This document shows positions 11,721 to 20,460 of a stretch of DNA of 64,000 nucleotides, piece after piece. The DNA comes from Thermodesulfobacteriota bacterium (GTDB taxonomy: Bacteria; Desulfobacterota_D; UBA1144; Nemesobacterales; UBA2774). The notes beneath the pieces were generated by a model. It was not told the DNA's origin, ran no database searches, and saw nothing but the letters and a program-made list of their open reading frames with translations. Made by a program: the position numbers and the translations under genes. Positions within the stretch are counted from its first letter, which is position 1. Every line of letters begins with the position of its first letter. The stretch is taken from assembly GCA_965223335.1 (NCBI GenBank), contig OZ244991.1, positions 896,001-960,000 on the forward strand, given 5' to 3'.

Positions 11721-13247
11721 ATGCGACTCCTTCACCTTATCCTATTCGGGGCATACCCCATATTGCTCCTCTACTCAGCTAATGCATCCGAGATAACCCC
11801 CGAGGAGCTCATCGTTCCCACATTAATCAGTGTAGGTATTATAGGCGCCATTTTTACAATCCTCTATCTGTTTACTAAAAATGTATACAAGGCTTCGGTC
11901 TTAGCAGCCGTAAATTTTATACTGATAATCGCATTCGGCCATCTTTTAAAAGTGCTTGGTATCGAATCTGGTGTTGTTACATACATAGCTGTTTTCATCT
12001 ACACCCTTTTGCTCATCCTCTTTAACTACATAGCGGGTAAGAGCAAAAGCGAGTTTAAACACTTTGGCTGGCCCCTTAATGTTGTAGCCGCTTCGCTAAT
12101 ACTGATGCTAATCCCACAGATTACCAAAAGCGCCAATGCAGACAGGCCCCCACCCCCAGGTAATTTCAGGCAATCGGCACTAGACAGTGTCCAGAGCACC
12201 CAACCAAAAGAGCCGCTTAGGGATATTTACTACCTAGTCTTTGATCAGTATGCGAGGGCAGACACCCTAAGCGACCATTTTCATTTTAATAACGATCCGT
12301 TTATAAACAAGCTCCGTGAATACGGGTTCTATGTAGCCACAGAGAGCCTATCCAACTACCCACACACACAGCACTCCATAGCCTCGTCCTTAAACATGCT
12401 ATACATTAACTACTTGGAGCATATAAAGACCGATAAATACCCGGTCTTCATAAGTATGATAAAGGACAGCGACATCGCACGCTTCCTAAAACAACAGGGA
12501 TACAACACTATCTTTTTCGGTAACTCCGAGTGGCCGTTTAAACTAATCCCTGCAGCTGATCAAAACCACAACCTGGCGACCACACACCACGCCGGTTACC
12601 TGCTCGATCTGGTATACGAGAGAAGCCTGCTCAATTACCTGATTCTACCCACTGGACTAGATCCGTATTTTAAGGAACTGCTACTAAGTGGTTATAGAAA
12701 ATCAGAGTGGAGAAACACTAACTATAAATTTGAAAAAATCGCCGAACTCTCCACCGCACCCGGCCCAAAGTTCGTATACGCACATTTTCTCATCCCCCAT
12801 GCACCCTACGTACATAACGCAGACGGCACCTACCTATCGCTAACCGAACAAAAACGAAACCCCTCTACCAATTACTATGTCGAACAGATCAAGTTCCTAA
12901 ACAGCGCTATTTCGGAGCTCATAGAAGACCTCACAACTAACTCCGCCACTCAACCTATCATTATTCTACAGGCCGATGAGGGTGCGTTCACCGGTTACAA
13001 GCCAAACAACTTTGCTCAAAACAGCAATAAAAAAGTTGTGGATAAGTACAGCATATTAAACGCCTACTATTTCCCCAACGCCGACATATCAACTCTCTAC
13101 CCCTCCATAAGCCCCGTAAATACATTTAGGGTCGTGCTAAACCAATACTTCGGCACCGACCTCCCTCTGTTGCCCGACAAACAGCACTACACAACCTATT
13201 CCAGACCCCTAGAGTTCAAGGACATTACTTCCAAGATCAACCAATAG
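11721..13247 (+). CDS. Membrane-anchored sulfatase/alkaline-phosphatase-superfamily transferase (LtaS/EptA-like architecture)
   Basis: About 5 N-terminal TM helices, then YYLVFDQY, SNYPHTQHS (Thr nucleophile position), HFLIPHAPY, QADEG, ISPVNTFR. Confidence 0.78.
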   Translation: MRLLHLILFGAYPILLLYSANASEITPEELIVPTLISVGIIGAIFTILYLFTKNVYKASVLAAVNFILIIAFGHLLKVLGIESGVVTYIAVFIYTLLLILFNYIAGKSKSEFKHFGWPLNVVAASLILMLIPQITKSANADRPPPPGNFRQSALDSVQSTQPKEPLRDIYYLVFDQYARADTLSDHFHFNNDPFINKLREYGFYVATESLSNYPHTQHSIASSLNMLYINYLEHIKTDKYPVFISMIKDSDIARFLKQQGYNTIFFGNSEWPFKLIPAADQNHNLATTHHAGYLLDLVYERSLLNYLILPTGLDPYFKELLLSGYRKSEWRNTNYKFEKIAELSTAPGPKFVYAHFLIPHAPYVHNADGTYLSLTEQKRNPSTNYYVEQIKFLNSAISELIEDLTTNSATQPIIILQADEGAFTGYKPNNFAQNSNKKVVDKYSILNAYYFPNADISTLYPSISPVNTFRVVLNQYFGTDLPLLPDKQHYTTYSRPLEFKDITSKINQ

Positions 13248-13266
13248 TGCTACACCAAATAGTTCG

Positions 13267-13295
13267 TTGACAATAAATTGGCTATAAAGTAATGT
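13267..13295 (+). promoter_or_regulatory. Putative sigma70 promoter
   Basis: TTGACA-N17-TAATGT upstream of a GGAGGTG RBS and ATG 13321. Confidence 0.5.
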
Positions 13296-13320
13296 TAGGA
13301 AGCATAGCGGAGGTGAGCTC

Positions 13321-13734
13321 ATGAGGCAATTAATTAAATGTTTAATGGTAATTGCGCTGTTATTTTTCTCTATATCTGCCCACTCAGAACAAGACGAAGT
13401 CCTAAAGTTTTACGAGTCCTACGTCTCGGCATTAAACCAGGCCAAGTCGATCGATGACATTAGCGATTATTTAGCAGCTGAAAACTTAGAAGAACGTGAT
13501 GATATGTCGGCTGAGGAAGAGGCATTCTTTTTGGAATTTATTAAAGAGACCAGAAAAAGCATGAAGACAAAGAGCATTAAATCAAATATTGAGGGCGATA
13601 AGGCCACTATAAATATCGAGGCCCTAGACACCGCGAGTAACTCGCCAATCACTGGCACTGTCGACCTCATCAAAGAAAATGGTAAGTGGAAAATTAAAAA
13701 GGAATCATTTCATCAAGACTTGAGCTCTGAATAA
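13321..13734 (+). CDS. Secreted small acidic protein, NTF2-like/DUF4878-type (paralog 1)
   Basis: Signal peptide (AHS cleavage), GDKATI and LIKENGKWKI signature. Confidence 0.7.
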   Translation: MRQLIKCLMVIALLFFSISAHSEQDEVLKFYESYVSALNQAKSIDDISDYLAAENLEERDDMSAEEEAFFLEFIKETRKSMKTKSIKSNIEGDKATINIEALDTASNSPITGTVDLIKENGKWKIKKESFHQDLSSE

Positions 13735-13749
13735 ATGAGGGGGGTAACA

Positions 13750-14175
13750 ATGAAAAGCATAATAAGATGTTCGGTCCTAGTAATTGCATTACTTTTCTCA
13801 GTATCCGCTTTTGCACAGGACAAAGACATTGTTAAATTCTACGATACGTATATTGCAGCAGTAATCAAAGCAAAATCCATTGATGACATTACCCCGTTCA
13901 TAGCTTCCGAGAGCCTCGCAGACCGCGATCAGATGACCAAAGAGGATGAAGAGTTCTTCCTCGAGTTCCTAAAAGAGAACAGAAAAACCACCAAGAGAAA
14001 AAGTATAGAGACCAAAGTTGACGGTGATAAAGCTACAATAACTGTAAAGGCTATCGACACCACAAATAACTCCCCCGTCACAGGCGCTATCGACCTCATC
14101 AAAGAAGACGGCAAGTGGAAAATCCTACAGGAATACTATGACCAGGACGTAAATATCATGAACATCGAGGAATAG
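13750..14175 (+). CDS. Secreted small acidic protein, NTF2-like/DUF4878-type (paralog 2)
   Basis: Signal peptide (AFA cleavage), LIKEDGKWKI; colinear with the previous gene; GAGGGGG RBS before ATG 13750. Confidence 0.7.
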   Translation: MKSIIRCSVLVIALLFSVSAFAQDKDIVKFYDTYIAAVIKAKSIDDITPFIASESLADRDQMTKEDEEFFLEFLKENRKTTKRKSIETKVDGDKATITVKAIDTTNNSPVTGAIDLIKEDGKWKILQEYYDQDVNIMNIEE

Positions 14176-14254
14176 TAATAGACTGCATAGTTCATGTAGT
14201 TCATAGGTCAGGTTTTCAAATCACATATAAAATGTAAACTATGTCCCATACGGT

Positions 14255-15223
14255 ATGATTGAATATAAGGGTGGGGTACACCTGCTTGGGACAGACCTCT
14301 GGTTCGACGCAAAGAATAAGGCAGAATTCTCTTTTATTTCCAATGCTAATGTCGCTAGGTTCACTCCCCCCGAAAAGGTAATTGCCACACCGGAAACAAT
14401 AGCCCTGCTAGACGGTAAAATTAATAAGTCCCTAGCACTCGCTTGCCCTTTTCAGAGGCAATTCACGCTGGGCGATATAAACGTAGAGCTATTCCCATCG
14501 GGCTACTCTGTCGGATCAGCCCAGATCTCGATCGACTTCGAAGGCAAGAATATCGTCTACACAGGCGACATTAAGCTCAATCAACACAACTCTGTCCACC
14601 CCATTGAGATCCGGCGGTGCGATACACTGATCATGAAGTGCAACTACTCGCTGCCCAAATACATATTCCCATCGCACTCAGATTCCATAGCCTCTATATT
14701 AACTTTTATAGACGATACAATTAACCAGGGTCTAACCCCCGTATTGCTGGTAGAACCACTCGGCAACTCAGAGCTCGTTATCAAATCACTCGGCAATAGA
14801 GGATATAAATTAAACCTGCACAGATCCATATACGAAACCATAAAAATCTATGAACAGTTTGGTATGAAATTCCCTAACTACATCAGACTAAGAGATGATA
14901 TATCTGATAATAGTGTGATCATCATGCCTATCCATCTAAGGGACTCAGAGATCTTAGAACGCATGGACCGCACAAGGGTAGCCGCTGTTATCGGTTGTGC
15001 CGAGCAAGACATACCGTTCCTAAAAACGATATTTAAAACCGACGAGATCTGCCCCTACGGCAACCACGCAGGCTATGATGAACTGCTTGAGTATATTGAG
15101 ATCGCTAAGCCCAAAGAGATATTTTTAGTCGAGGGCTACACAGCTGAGTTCGCCGCAGTGCTCAAGAAAAGAGGCCATACCGCAATTCCCCTCAAGACCC
15201 CGACTCAGCTAAAACTATTTTAG
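14255..15223 (+). CDS. Metallo-beta-lactamase/beta-CASP-fold protein with degenerate active site
   Basis: YTGD, GSAQ, NHAGYDEL match the RNA-processing / ligase-associated exonuclease family; the HxHxDH motif is absent. Confidence 0.72.
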   Translation: MIEYKGGVHLLGTDLWFDAKNKAEFSFISNANVARFTPPEKVIATPETIALLDGKINKSLALACPFQRQFTLGDINVELFPSGYSVGSAQISIDFEGKNIVYTGDIKLNQHNSVHPIEIRRCDTLIMKCNYSLPKYIFPSHSDSIASILTFIDDTINQGLTPVLLVEPLGNSELVIKSLGNRGYKLNLHRSIYETIKIYEQFGMKFPNYIRLRDDISDNSVIIMPIHLRDSEILERMDRTRVAAVIGCAEQDIPFLKTIFKTDEICPYGNHAGYDELLEYIEIAKPKEIFLVEGYTAEFAAVLKKRGHTAIPLKTPTQLKLF

Positions 15224-15232
15224 GAATGTACT

Positions 15233-15652
15233 ATGAACATAGTCACAGACAGCTTCACAATACAGACCGCAGGTGATACGGACGTTATCGATATCACACC
15301 ACAAGTAATGAGTTTTATAGCAGACTCAGAGATAAGTTCCGGCACGGTAACCGTGTTTATCCCGGGCTCCACTGCGGGTGTAACAACCATTGAGTACGAG
15401 AGCGGCGCCATAAGGGATTTCCAGGATGCTCTAGAGAGGATTGCCCCACGCGACATTGATTACTATCACGATGCCAGGTGGGGTGACGGAAACGGCTACT
15501 CACACGTAAGGGCCGCACTCCTGGGTGCATCACTCACAGTGCCGTTTACCGATTCGGGCCTATTACTAGGCACCTGGCAGCAGATTATAGTCGTGGACTT
15601 CGATAACAGACCCCGAAACCGTAAAGTCGTGCTACAAGCTATGGGCGAGTAA
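15233..15652 (+). CDS. yjbQ: YjbQ/UPF0047 family protein
   Basis: GSTAG, NGYSHVRA, LLLGTWQQI..DFD..PR.R. Confidence 0.93.
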   Translation: MNIVTDSFTIQTAGDTDVIDITPQVMSFIADSEISSGTVTVFIPGSTAGVTTIEYESGAIRDFQDALERIAPRDIDYYHDARWGDGNGYSHVRAALLGASLTVPFTDSGLLLGTWQQIIVVDFDNRPRNRKVVLQAMGE

Positions 15653-15697
15653 TCCGAGACCAAACTCACACTGCATTTAACCTAGCTCTTTTTGAAT

Positions 15698-16357
15698 CTA
15701 TACAAACTTCACAGAAAAATGTTGGGGCTTGTACCTGATATTGAGGTTCACAATAAGCGGCGTCATAGCCTCTATCATTGCAGAGACCTCTAGCGGACCC
15801 GCGTCGAGCGCCCTAAGGTTCGGCATATCCTCAGTTAAGCCCTTCACAACCTCTTTAGCCTCATCATCGTCCCCGCACATCACTACGTCGTAATCGAGCT
15901 CCATATCTATCTTGCTAAGCTCCTTGGCCGGTAGGTTATGGTAGGCAGATACCAGTTTAGCTGTCTCGGGCAGTGCATCTTTAATCTCAAGAGCAGATGA
16001 GCCTTGGGCCGGGGGCGAAAACACAAAGCTTTTTCCCTCTTTAGCCATAGGCACAACAGGAGACACTACAACTTGATCCGTAATGCTGTCCTTAATCTGG
16101 CTTATTGTCGATGCTGCGTACTCGGGCGGAATGCTGATTATGATCACCTCTGCCGACGCGGCTGCGTCTGCATTGGGCATCCCGTGAATCTCGGTCTCCA
16201 TACCTATCTCTTTTAGTTTATCCATGTACTCCCCGGCAATAGTTTTAGCCTTCTCATCACTCCTCGACCCTACAAATATCTCATGTCCCGCTTTGCACCA
16301 TCTCAAAACAAGCCCTTCGGCTATGTCTCCGGTGCCTCCTAATAATGCTATTTTCAT
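15698..16357 (-). CDS. npdG: NADPH-dependent F420 reductase (F420H2:NADP+ oxidoreductase)
   Basis: KIALLGGTG, VGSRS, SPVVP, GSSA, VSAYHN, DAGPL...IEAMTP. Confidence 0.88.
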   Translation of the reverse strand: MKIALLGGTGDIAEGLVLRWCKAGHEIFVGSRSDEKAKTIAGEYMDKLKEIGMETEIHGMPNADAAASAEVIIISIPPEYAASTISQIKDSITDQVVVSPVVPMAKEGKSFVFSPPAQGSSALEIKDALPETAKLVSAYHNLPAKELSKIDMELDYDVVMCGDDDEAKEVVKGLTEDMPNLRALDAGPLEVSAMIEAMTPLIVNLNIRYKPQHFSVKFV

Positions 16358-16448
16358 AGTTCTTCTCCTTTATAAAATTGCATTTATTGTATCAAATTAA
16401 GGGTTTTAGTAAAGCAGGATATGAAAATCCTTTGAAAAGGTGATTCAC

Positions 16449-16985
16449 CTAAAACTTGGTTTTAAAATAAAGGAAAAATGAGATACTCTCTTTATTTAGA
16501 ACTTTATCGTTGCTTTCCAGATTGCTGTCGGGCAGGGCAAAAAACGGGAGCATGCCCCCGTAAAACATCGTATCCCTCTCTTTGAATTTAATCCCCTGTT
16601 CCTCTGTATAAAATACCAAATCCCCCGAGGGTACCAGTTCTTGTTGATACGCGCTCGTAGCATTCACATCCTTGGTATCATCTATGTACTCTACCATCAG
16701 GTCTATGAGCTCAGAACTAAAATAGAGCTCAAACGGATCCATAACCCTCTCGACAGGGTTGTAAAAAAAGCCCGAACCCCTGGGCACAGTGGCATTCAAT
16801 GCACTCGTGTTAGTAAACGAATTGTCCGTGTACGTGTCCTGAAAGCTAAAATCATACTGACTAATTTTGACTTCCTGGCTATAAGAATCTTTAGAGCTGT
16901 TTAGAGCCTTAGCTTCCAGACCGTACGATGTCAGCGTCCACCCATCAAGCGACACCAACACCAGCGCCAAAATGATAAATCTCAT
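16449..16985 (-). CDS. Hypothetical exported protein
   Basis: GGAGGGG RBS before ATG 16985; signal peptide; ends FLYFKTKF. Confidence 0.6.
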   Translation of the reverse strand: MRFIILALVLVSLDGWTLTSYGLEAKALNSSKDSYSQEVKISQYDFSFQDTYTDNSFTNTSALNATVPRGSGFFYNPVERVMDPFELYFSSELIDLMVEYIDDTKDVNATSAYQQELVPSGDLVFYTEEQGIKFKERDTMFYGGMLPFFALPDSNLESNDKVLNKESISFFLYFKTKF

Positions 16986-17101
16986 CAAGACGCCCCTCCA
17001 GTCACATTTTTCTATCATCTCCCCACATAATAATATAATAAAACTATCACTGTATATCAATAGTGATAGCAATAAATTGTTAATGATGACAGCCAGATTG
17101 A

Positions 17102-17881
17102 TTAATCCGCGAGCAGTTGCTCAATAAATTCATCGAGCAAACCATTGAACTCCTCAGGCATCTCCTGCATCATAAAATGCCCCGCACCCCTCATAACATG
17201 AAGATGCGACCCCTTGATCTCGTCATGTAGAAATTCCCCGTATTTCAGAGGAGTTAGTTGATCCCTCGTGGCCGAGATGATCATTGTTGGGCTGGTTACC
17301 TCCCCCACTCTGTCCCTCAAATCAAAGTCGTTACATGCCAACAGGTCATTGTAAGTAACTGCGGGTGGGATACTCCGTAAACCGTCCCGAAACCAGTTGC
17401 GCAATGTGCGATAGGACGTGCTTCCAAACATCCTCTCGGCTGAGGCTTCGGTAAATGTATAGTAATCCTCTTTGATCGCAGATAGAGTTTCACGGGCTAC
17501 TGCAAGCTTAGCCCCTGTGCCCACCAACACTAAAGCCATTACTCTATCGGCGGATTGCAGGCCGTAAGTAATAGCTACTGCACCACCCATCGAGTGGCCG
17601 ACTAAGATAAGTTTTTCAAGATTTAGTGCATGGATAAAATCAGTCAGGAACTCGGTATACTGCTCTACAGTCCTCTTCCCCGTGCCTTCGGACTGCCCAT
17701 GGCCGGGTAGATCTAATGCGATAATATTGATTCGAGTACTCTTGAGATGCCCAAGCTGTTTCGACCACGTGGATATATTCTGACCAGCTCCGTGAATAAA
17801 CAGTAATGTTGGTAAGGTTGGATCGAAATCGGCTACAAGGTGATAGTGAATATTTAGGCCATCAACTAAGACTGTGGGCAA
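17102..17881 (-). CDS. Alpha/beta hydrolase
   Basis: HGAG, DLPGHG, GHSMGG nucleophile elbow, GAGH. Confidence 0.92.
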   Translation of the reverse strand: MPTVLVDGLNIHYHLVADFDPTLPTLLFIHGAGQNISTWSKQLGHLKSTRINIIALDLPGHGQSEGTGKRTVEQYTEFLTDFIHALNLEKLILVGHSMGGAVAITYGLQSADRVMALVLVGTGAKLAVARETLSAIKEDYYTFTEASAERMFGSTSYRTLRNWFRDGLRSIPPAVTYNDLLACNDFDLRDRVGEVTSPTMIISATRDQLTPLKYGEFLHDEIKGSHLHVMRGAGHFMMQEMPEEFNGLLDEFIEQLLAD

Positions 17882-17956
17882 CTATTTTAAACTCCTGATT
17901 CAGAGGGATAATTTCTAAAGATGTTTGAGTTAGAACAGTATCAATAATCTAAGAAT

Positions 17957-18256
17957 CTATAACTTCATTCTCTGTCCTATATCAATTAATGTCTGCACCA
18001 ACATCTGATCGAGAAAAACAAGAGCAATCATCAACAGTATAGGTGAGAAATCTATGCCGTTGTAGATCGGGAGCACCCTTCTAATAGGTCTAAGCGAGGG
18101 TTCTGTTGCCGAATACAAGAATTGAACGATTGGGTTGTAGGGGTCTGGGTTGACCCAGGATATTATAGCTCTGCCTACAATGATGAATAAATATACATAG
18201 ATAATCATATGGAGAACTTGTCCGATACCTATGAGTAGATTACCAACTAACAACAT
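17957..18256 (-). CDS. yggT: YggT family membrane protein
   Basis: ISWVNPDPYNPIV...TEP.L.PIRR...IDFSP. Confidence 0.93.
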   Translation of the reverse strand: MLLVGNLLIGIGQVLHMIIYVYLFIIVGRAIISWVNPDPYNPIVQFLYSATEPSLRPIRRVLPIYNGIDFSPILLMIALVFLDQMLVQTLIDIGQRMKL

Positions 18257-18258
18257 AA

Positions 18259-19074
18259 CTAGTCCTCCTCCGAGAGCTCTTTAGATCGATTTGTGGCGGC
18301 CTCTACAGCCGATATTGCTACTGCCCTGAATCCACCGCCCTCCAAGCTGTGCAGGCCCTCAATGGTAGTCCCGCCCGGGGAAGATACCTTGTCTTTAAAC
18401 TCAGCAGGGTGAATATCATGCTCGAGTATCATCTTCGCCGTGCCATACACCGTGTGGGCAGCCAGTTTGAGAGCTACATCCCTCGGCAATCCCATCTTAA
18501 CACCACCGTCCGAAAGAGCCTCTATAAAAACCGATACAAATGCAGGCCCGCTACCGCTTAGGCCCGTCACCGCATCCATTAGATTCTCATCGGCAACGTG
18601 AACAAAACCAACTGATTCGAAAAGGCCCTCTACTTTTTTAAGCTCTTTAGCCGTTACATTTTTGTTCGGCGACAGCACCGACACGCCTGCTTTCGCACTT
18701 GCCGGAGTGTTGGGCATCACACGTACAATTTTGGTTTTTTTCTTAAGTACCTTCTCAAGCTCGCTAAGCGGTATACCGGCCGCGATCGATACAATCATTT
18801 TATTTGGGGTCATATAGTCACGTATCTCACTTGCAACCTGACGGACCTTGTTGGGTTTCACAGCTAGCACAATAATATCCGACTTCATTGCAACTTCTTT
18901 GTTGGACTTTGATAAGTCCACACCAAATTCATTCTTCATATGCTTTGATCGATCACTTGAAACATCACTCACAGTGATGTCATCACTCGATGCCGTACCC
19001 GAGCCAATGAGCCCTCGCAAAAGGGCCTCGGTCATGTTCCCTGCACCTATAAATCCTATTCGTCTCATACTCAT
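18259..19074 (-). CDS. proC: Pyrroline-5-carboxylate reductase
   Basis: IGFIGAGNM, VRVMPNTP, GLSGSGPA, VSSPGGTT. Confidence 0.97.
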   Translation of the reverse strand: MSMRRIGFIGAGNMTEALLRGLIGSGTASSDDITVSDVSSDRSKHMKNEFGVDLSKSNKEVAMKSDIIVLAVKPNKVRQVASEIRDYMTPNKMIVSIAAGIPLSELEKVLKKKTKIVRVMPNTPASAKAGVSVLSPNKNVTAKELKKVEGLFESVGFVHVADENLMDAVTGLSGSGPAFVSVFIEALSDGGVKMGLPRDVALKLAAHTVYGTAKMILEHDIHPAEFKDKVSSPGGTTIEGLHSLEGGGFRAVAISAVEAATNRSKELSEED

Positions 19075-19107
19075 TATTTATCCGCTTTTGATAATACTAT
19101 TAATATA

Positions 19108-19797
19108 CTACCCCCTGGGACCGAATATTGCCGACCCCACTCTAATCATTGTGGCCCCTTCCTCTATTGCAACCTCAAAATCCCCGCTCATCCCCATAGA
19201 TAATTCTTCTATACCCGTAAAACTTGTTTTGAGCTCGTCTCTAAGAGATCTCAGCTCCGCAAAATGCGGGCGTGCCTTCTCCGGTTCATCAAAATAAGGC
19301 GGCATCGTCATTAAGCCCTCTACACTTAGACCCGGCCACTCATTCAAATCCTTTAGAAATGACTCCACGTTAGATTTAACAACCCCGCCTTTTTCACTCT
19401 CCCCCGCATTTACTTCCACAAGAATCTTGGTGATCAACCCCAGAGCTTCAGACCTCTTGCTAATCTCCTTCGCAACCGAGAGTGAGTCCACCGAATGTAT
19501 GCAATCGACACTACCCACTATGTATTTAACCTTGTTACGCTGCAGGCGTCCTATAAAATGCCATTTTACATTCTTTGCCGTACCCTTTTCAACCACTTTA
19601 TGTTTATCCCGAAATTCCTGTGCGTAGTTCTCCCCAAATGTATCGATACCGGCCTCTATTGCCTCTAGAATCCTAGGTGCCTCTACCTGCTTGGAAACTG
19701 CAATTAGTGTGACCTGTTCCCCCTCCCTCCCACACCTCGCCTTTGCATCCTCGATTCTTTTTCTAACTTCTTTAATATTTCTAGCTATATCAATCAT
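19108..19797 (-). CDS. yggS: PLP homeostasis protein YggS
   Basis: LIAVSK, FGENY, WHFIGRLQRNK, LSMGMSGDF, RVGSAIFG. Confidence 0.96.
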   Translation of the reverse strand: MIDIARNIKEVRKRIEDAKARCGREGEQVTLIAVSKQVEAPRILEAIEAGIDTFGENYAQEFRDKHKVVEKGTAKNVKWHFIGRLQRNKVKYIVGSVDCIHSVDSLSVAKEISKRSEALGLITKILVEVNAGESEKGGVVKSNVESFLKDLNEWPGLSVEGLMTMPPYFDEPEKARPHFAELRSLRDELKTSFTGIEELSMGMSGDFEVAIEEGATMIRVGSAIFGPRG

Positions 19798-20383
19798 TTG
19801 TGAAACGTTGTTCTATTCCAAACCCTGCGAGAGCACGCATCACCTCAACGAGCGGAAGCCCCACAACATTGGTGTAAGAACCTTTAATGCTCCTAACCAT
19901 TGTAGCACCTAACCCCTGTATGCTATAGGCCCCGGCCTTATCCATCGGCTCGCCGGTCTTAATGTAACCTTCTACATCCTGGGGTGCAAGCTCCCTCATA
20001 GTAACCCGGGTCGAAACATACTCCGAGTGCACAATCCCCTCAAGCAGCTTAACAAATGCAAAAGCTGTGTACACATTGTGCTCGGTTCCCGAGAGTTTTT
20101 TAAGCATACGCTCGGCATCATTGTAATCTTTCGGCTTGAGCAATATGTGGTCGTCTAGAGACACAACCGTGTCTGCACCTATGATTAAGGCATCTGGATC
20201 AACTCCATCAACTACTGAAAGAGCTTTCTCCCCAGCTACTCGCAAAGCAAATTCCCATGCTGACTCACCTGGTTCAACGATCTCACTTATTGTAGGCTCA
20301 ATGATTTCAAACTCTATACCAAGCTTTGCAAGCAGTTCGTGTCTTCTCGGAGAAGAGGATGCCAATATGATGCTCTTTCCCAT
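19790..20383 (-). CDS. maf: Maf family nucleotide pyrophosphatase
   Basis: ILASSSPRR, IGADTVV, DKAGAY, NVVGLP. Confidence 0.95.
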   Translation of the reverse strand: MGKSIILASSSPRRHELLAKLGIEFEIIEPTISEIVEPGESAWEFALRVAGEKALSVVDGVDPDALIIGADTVVSLDDHILLKPKDYNDAERMLKKLSGTEHNVYTAFAFVKLLEGIVHSEYVSTRVTMRELAPQDVEGYIKTGEPMDKAGAYSIQGLGATMVRSIKGSYTNVVGLPLVEVMRALAGFGIEQRFTND

Positions 20384-20460
20384 TTTGAGCTCGATTAATG
20401 ATCCAATAAATTACAAAATGATCTATAATTGTTCAGAGTTTCAGTAAAGAATCCATTAAA

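Noticed and set aside
14186..14210. Direct repeat TAGTTCAT x2 as a LexA box upstream of the MBL-fold gene
   Set aside because: Spacing is GTTC-N5-GTTC, not a known LexA box, and no similar site precedes uvrA.
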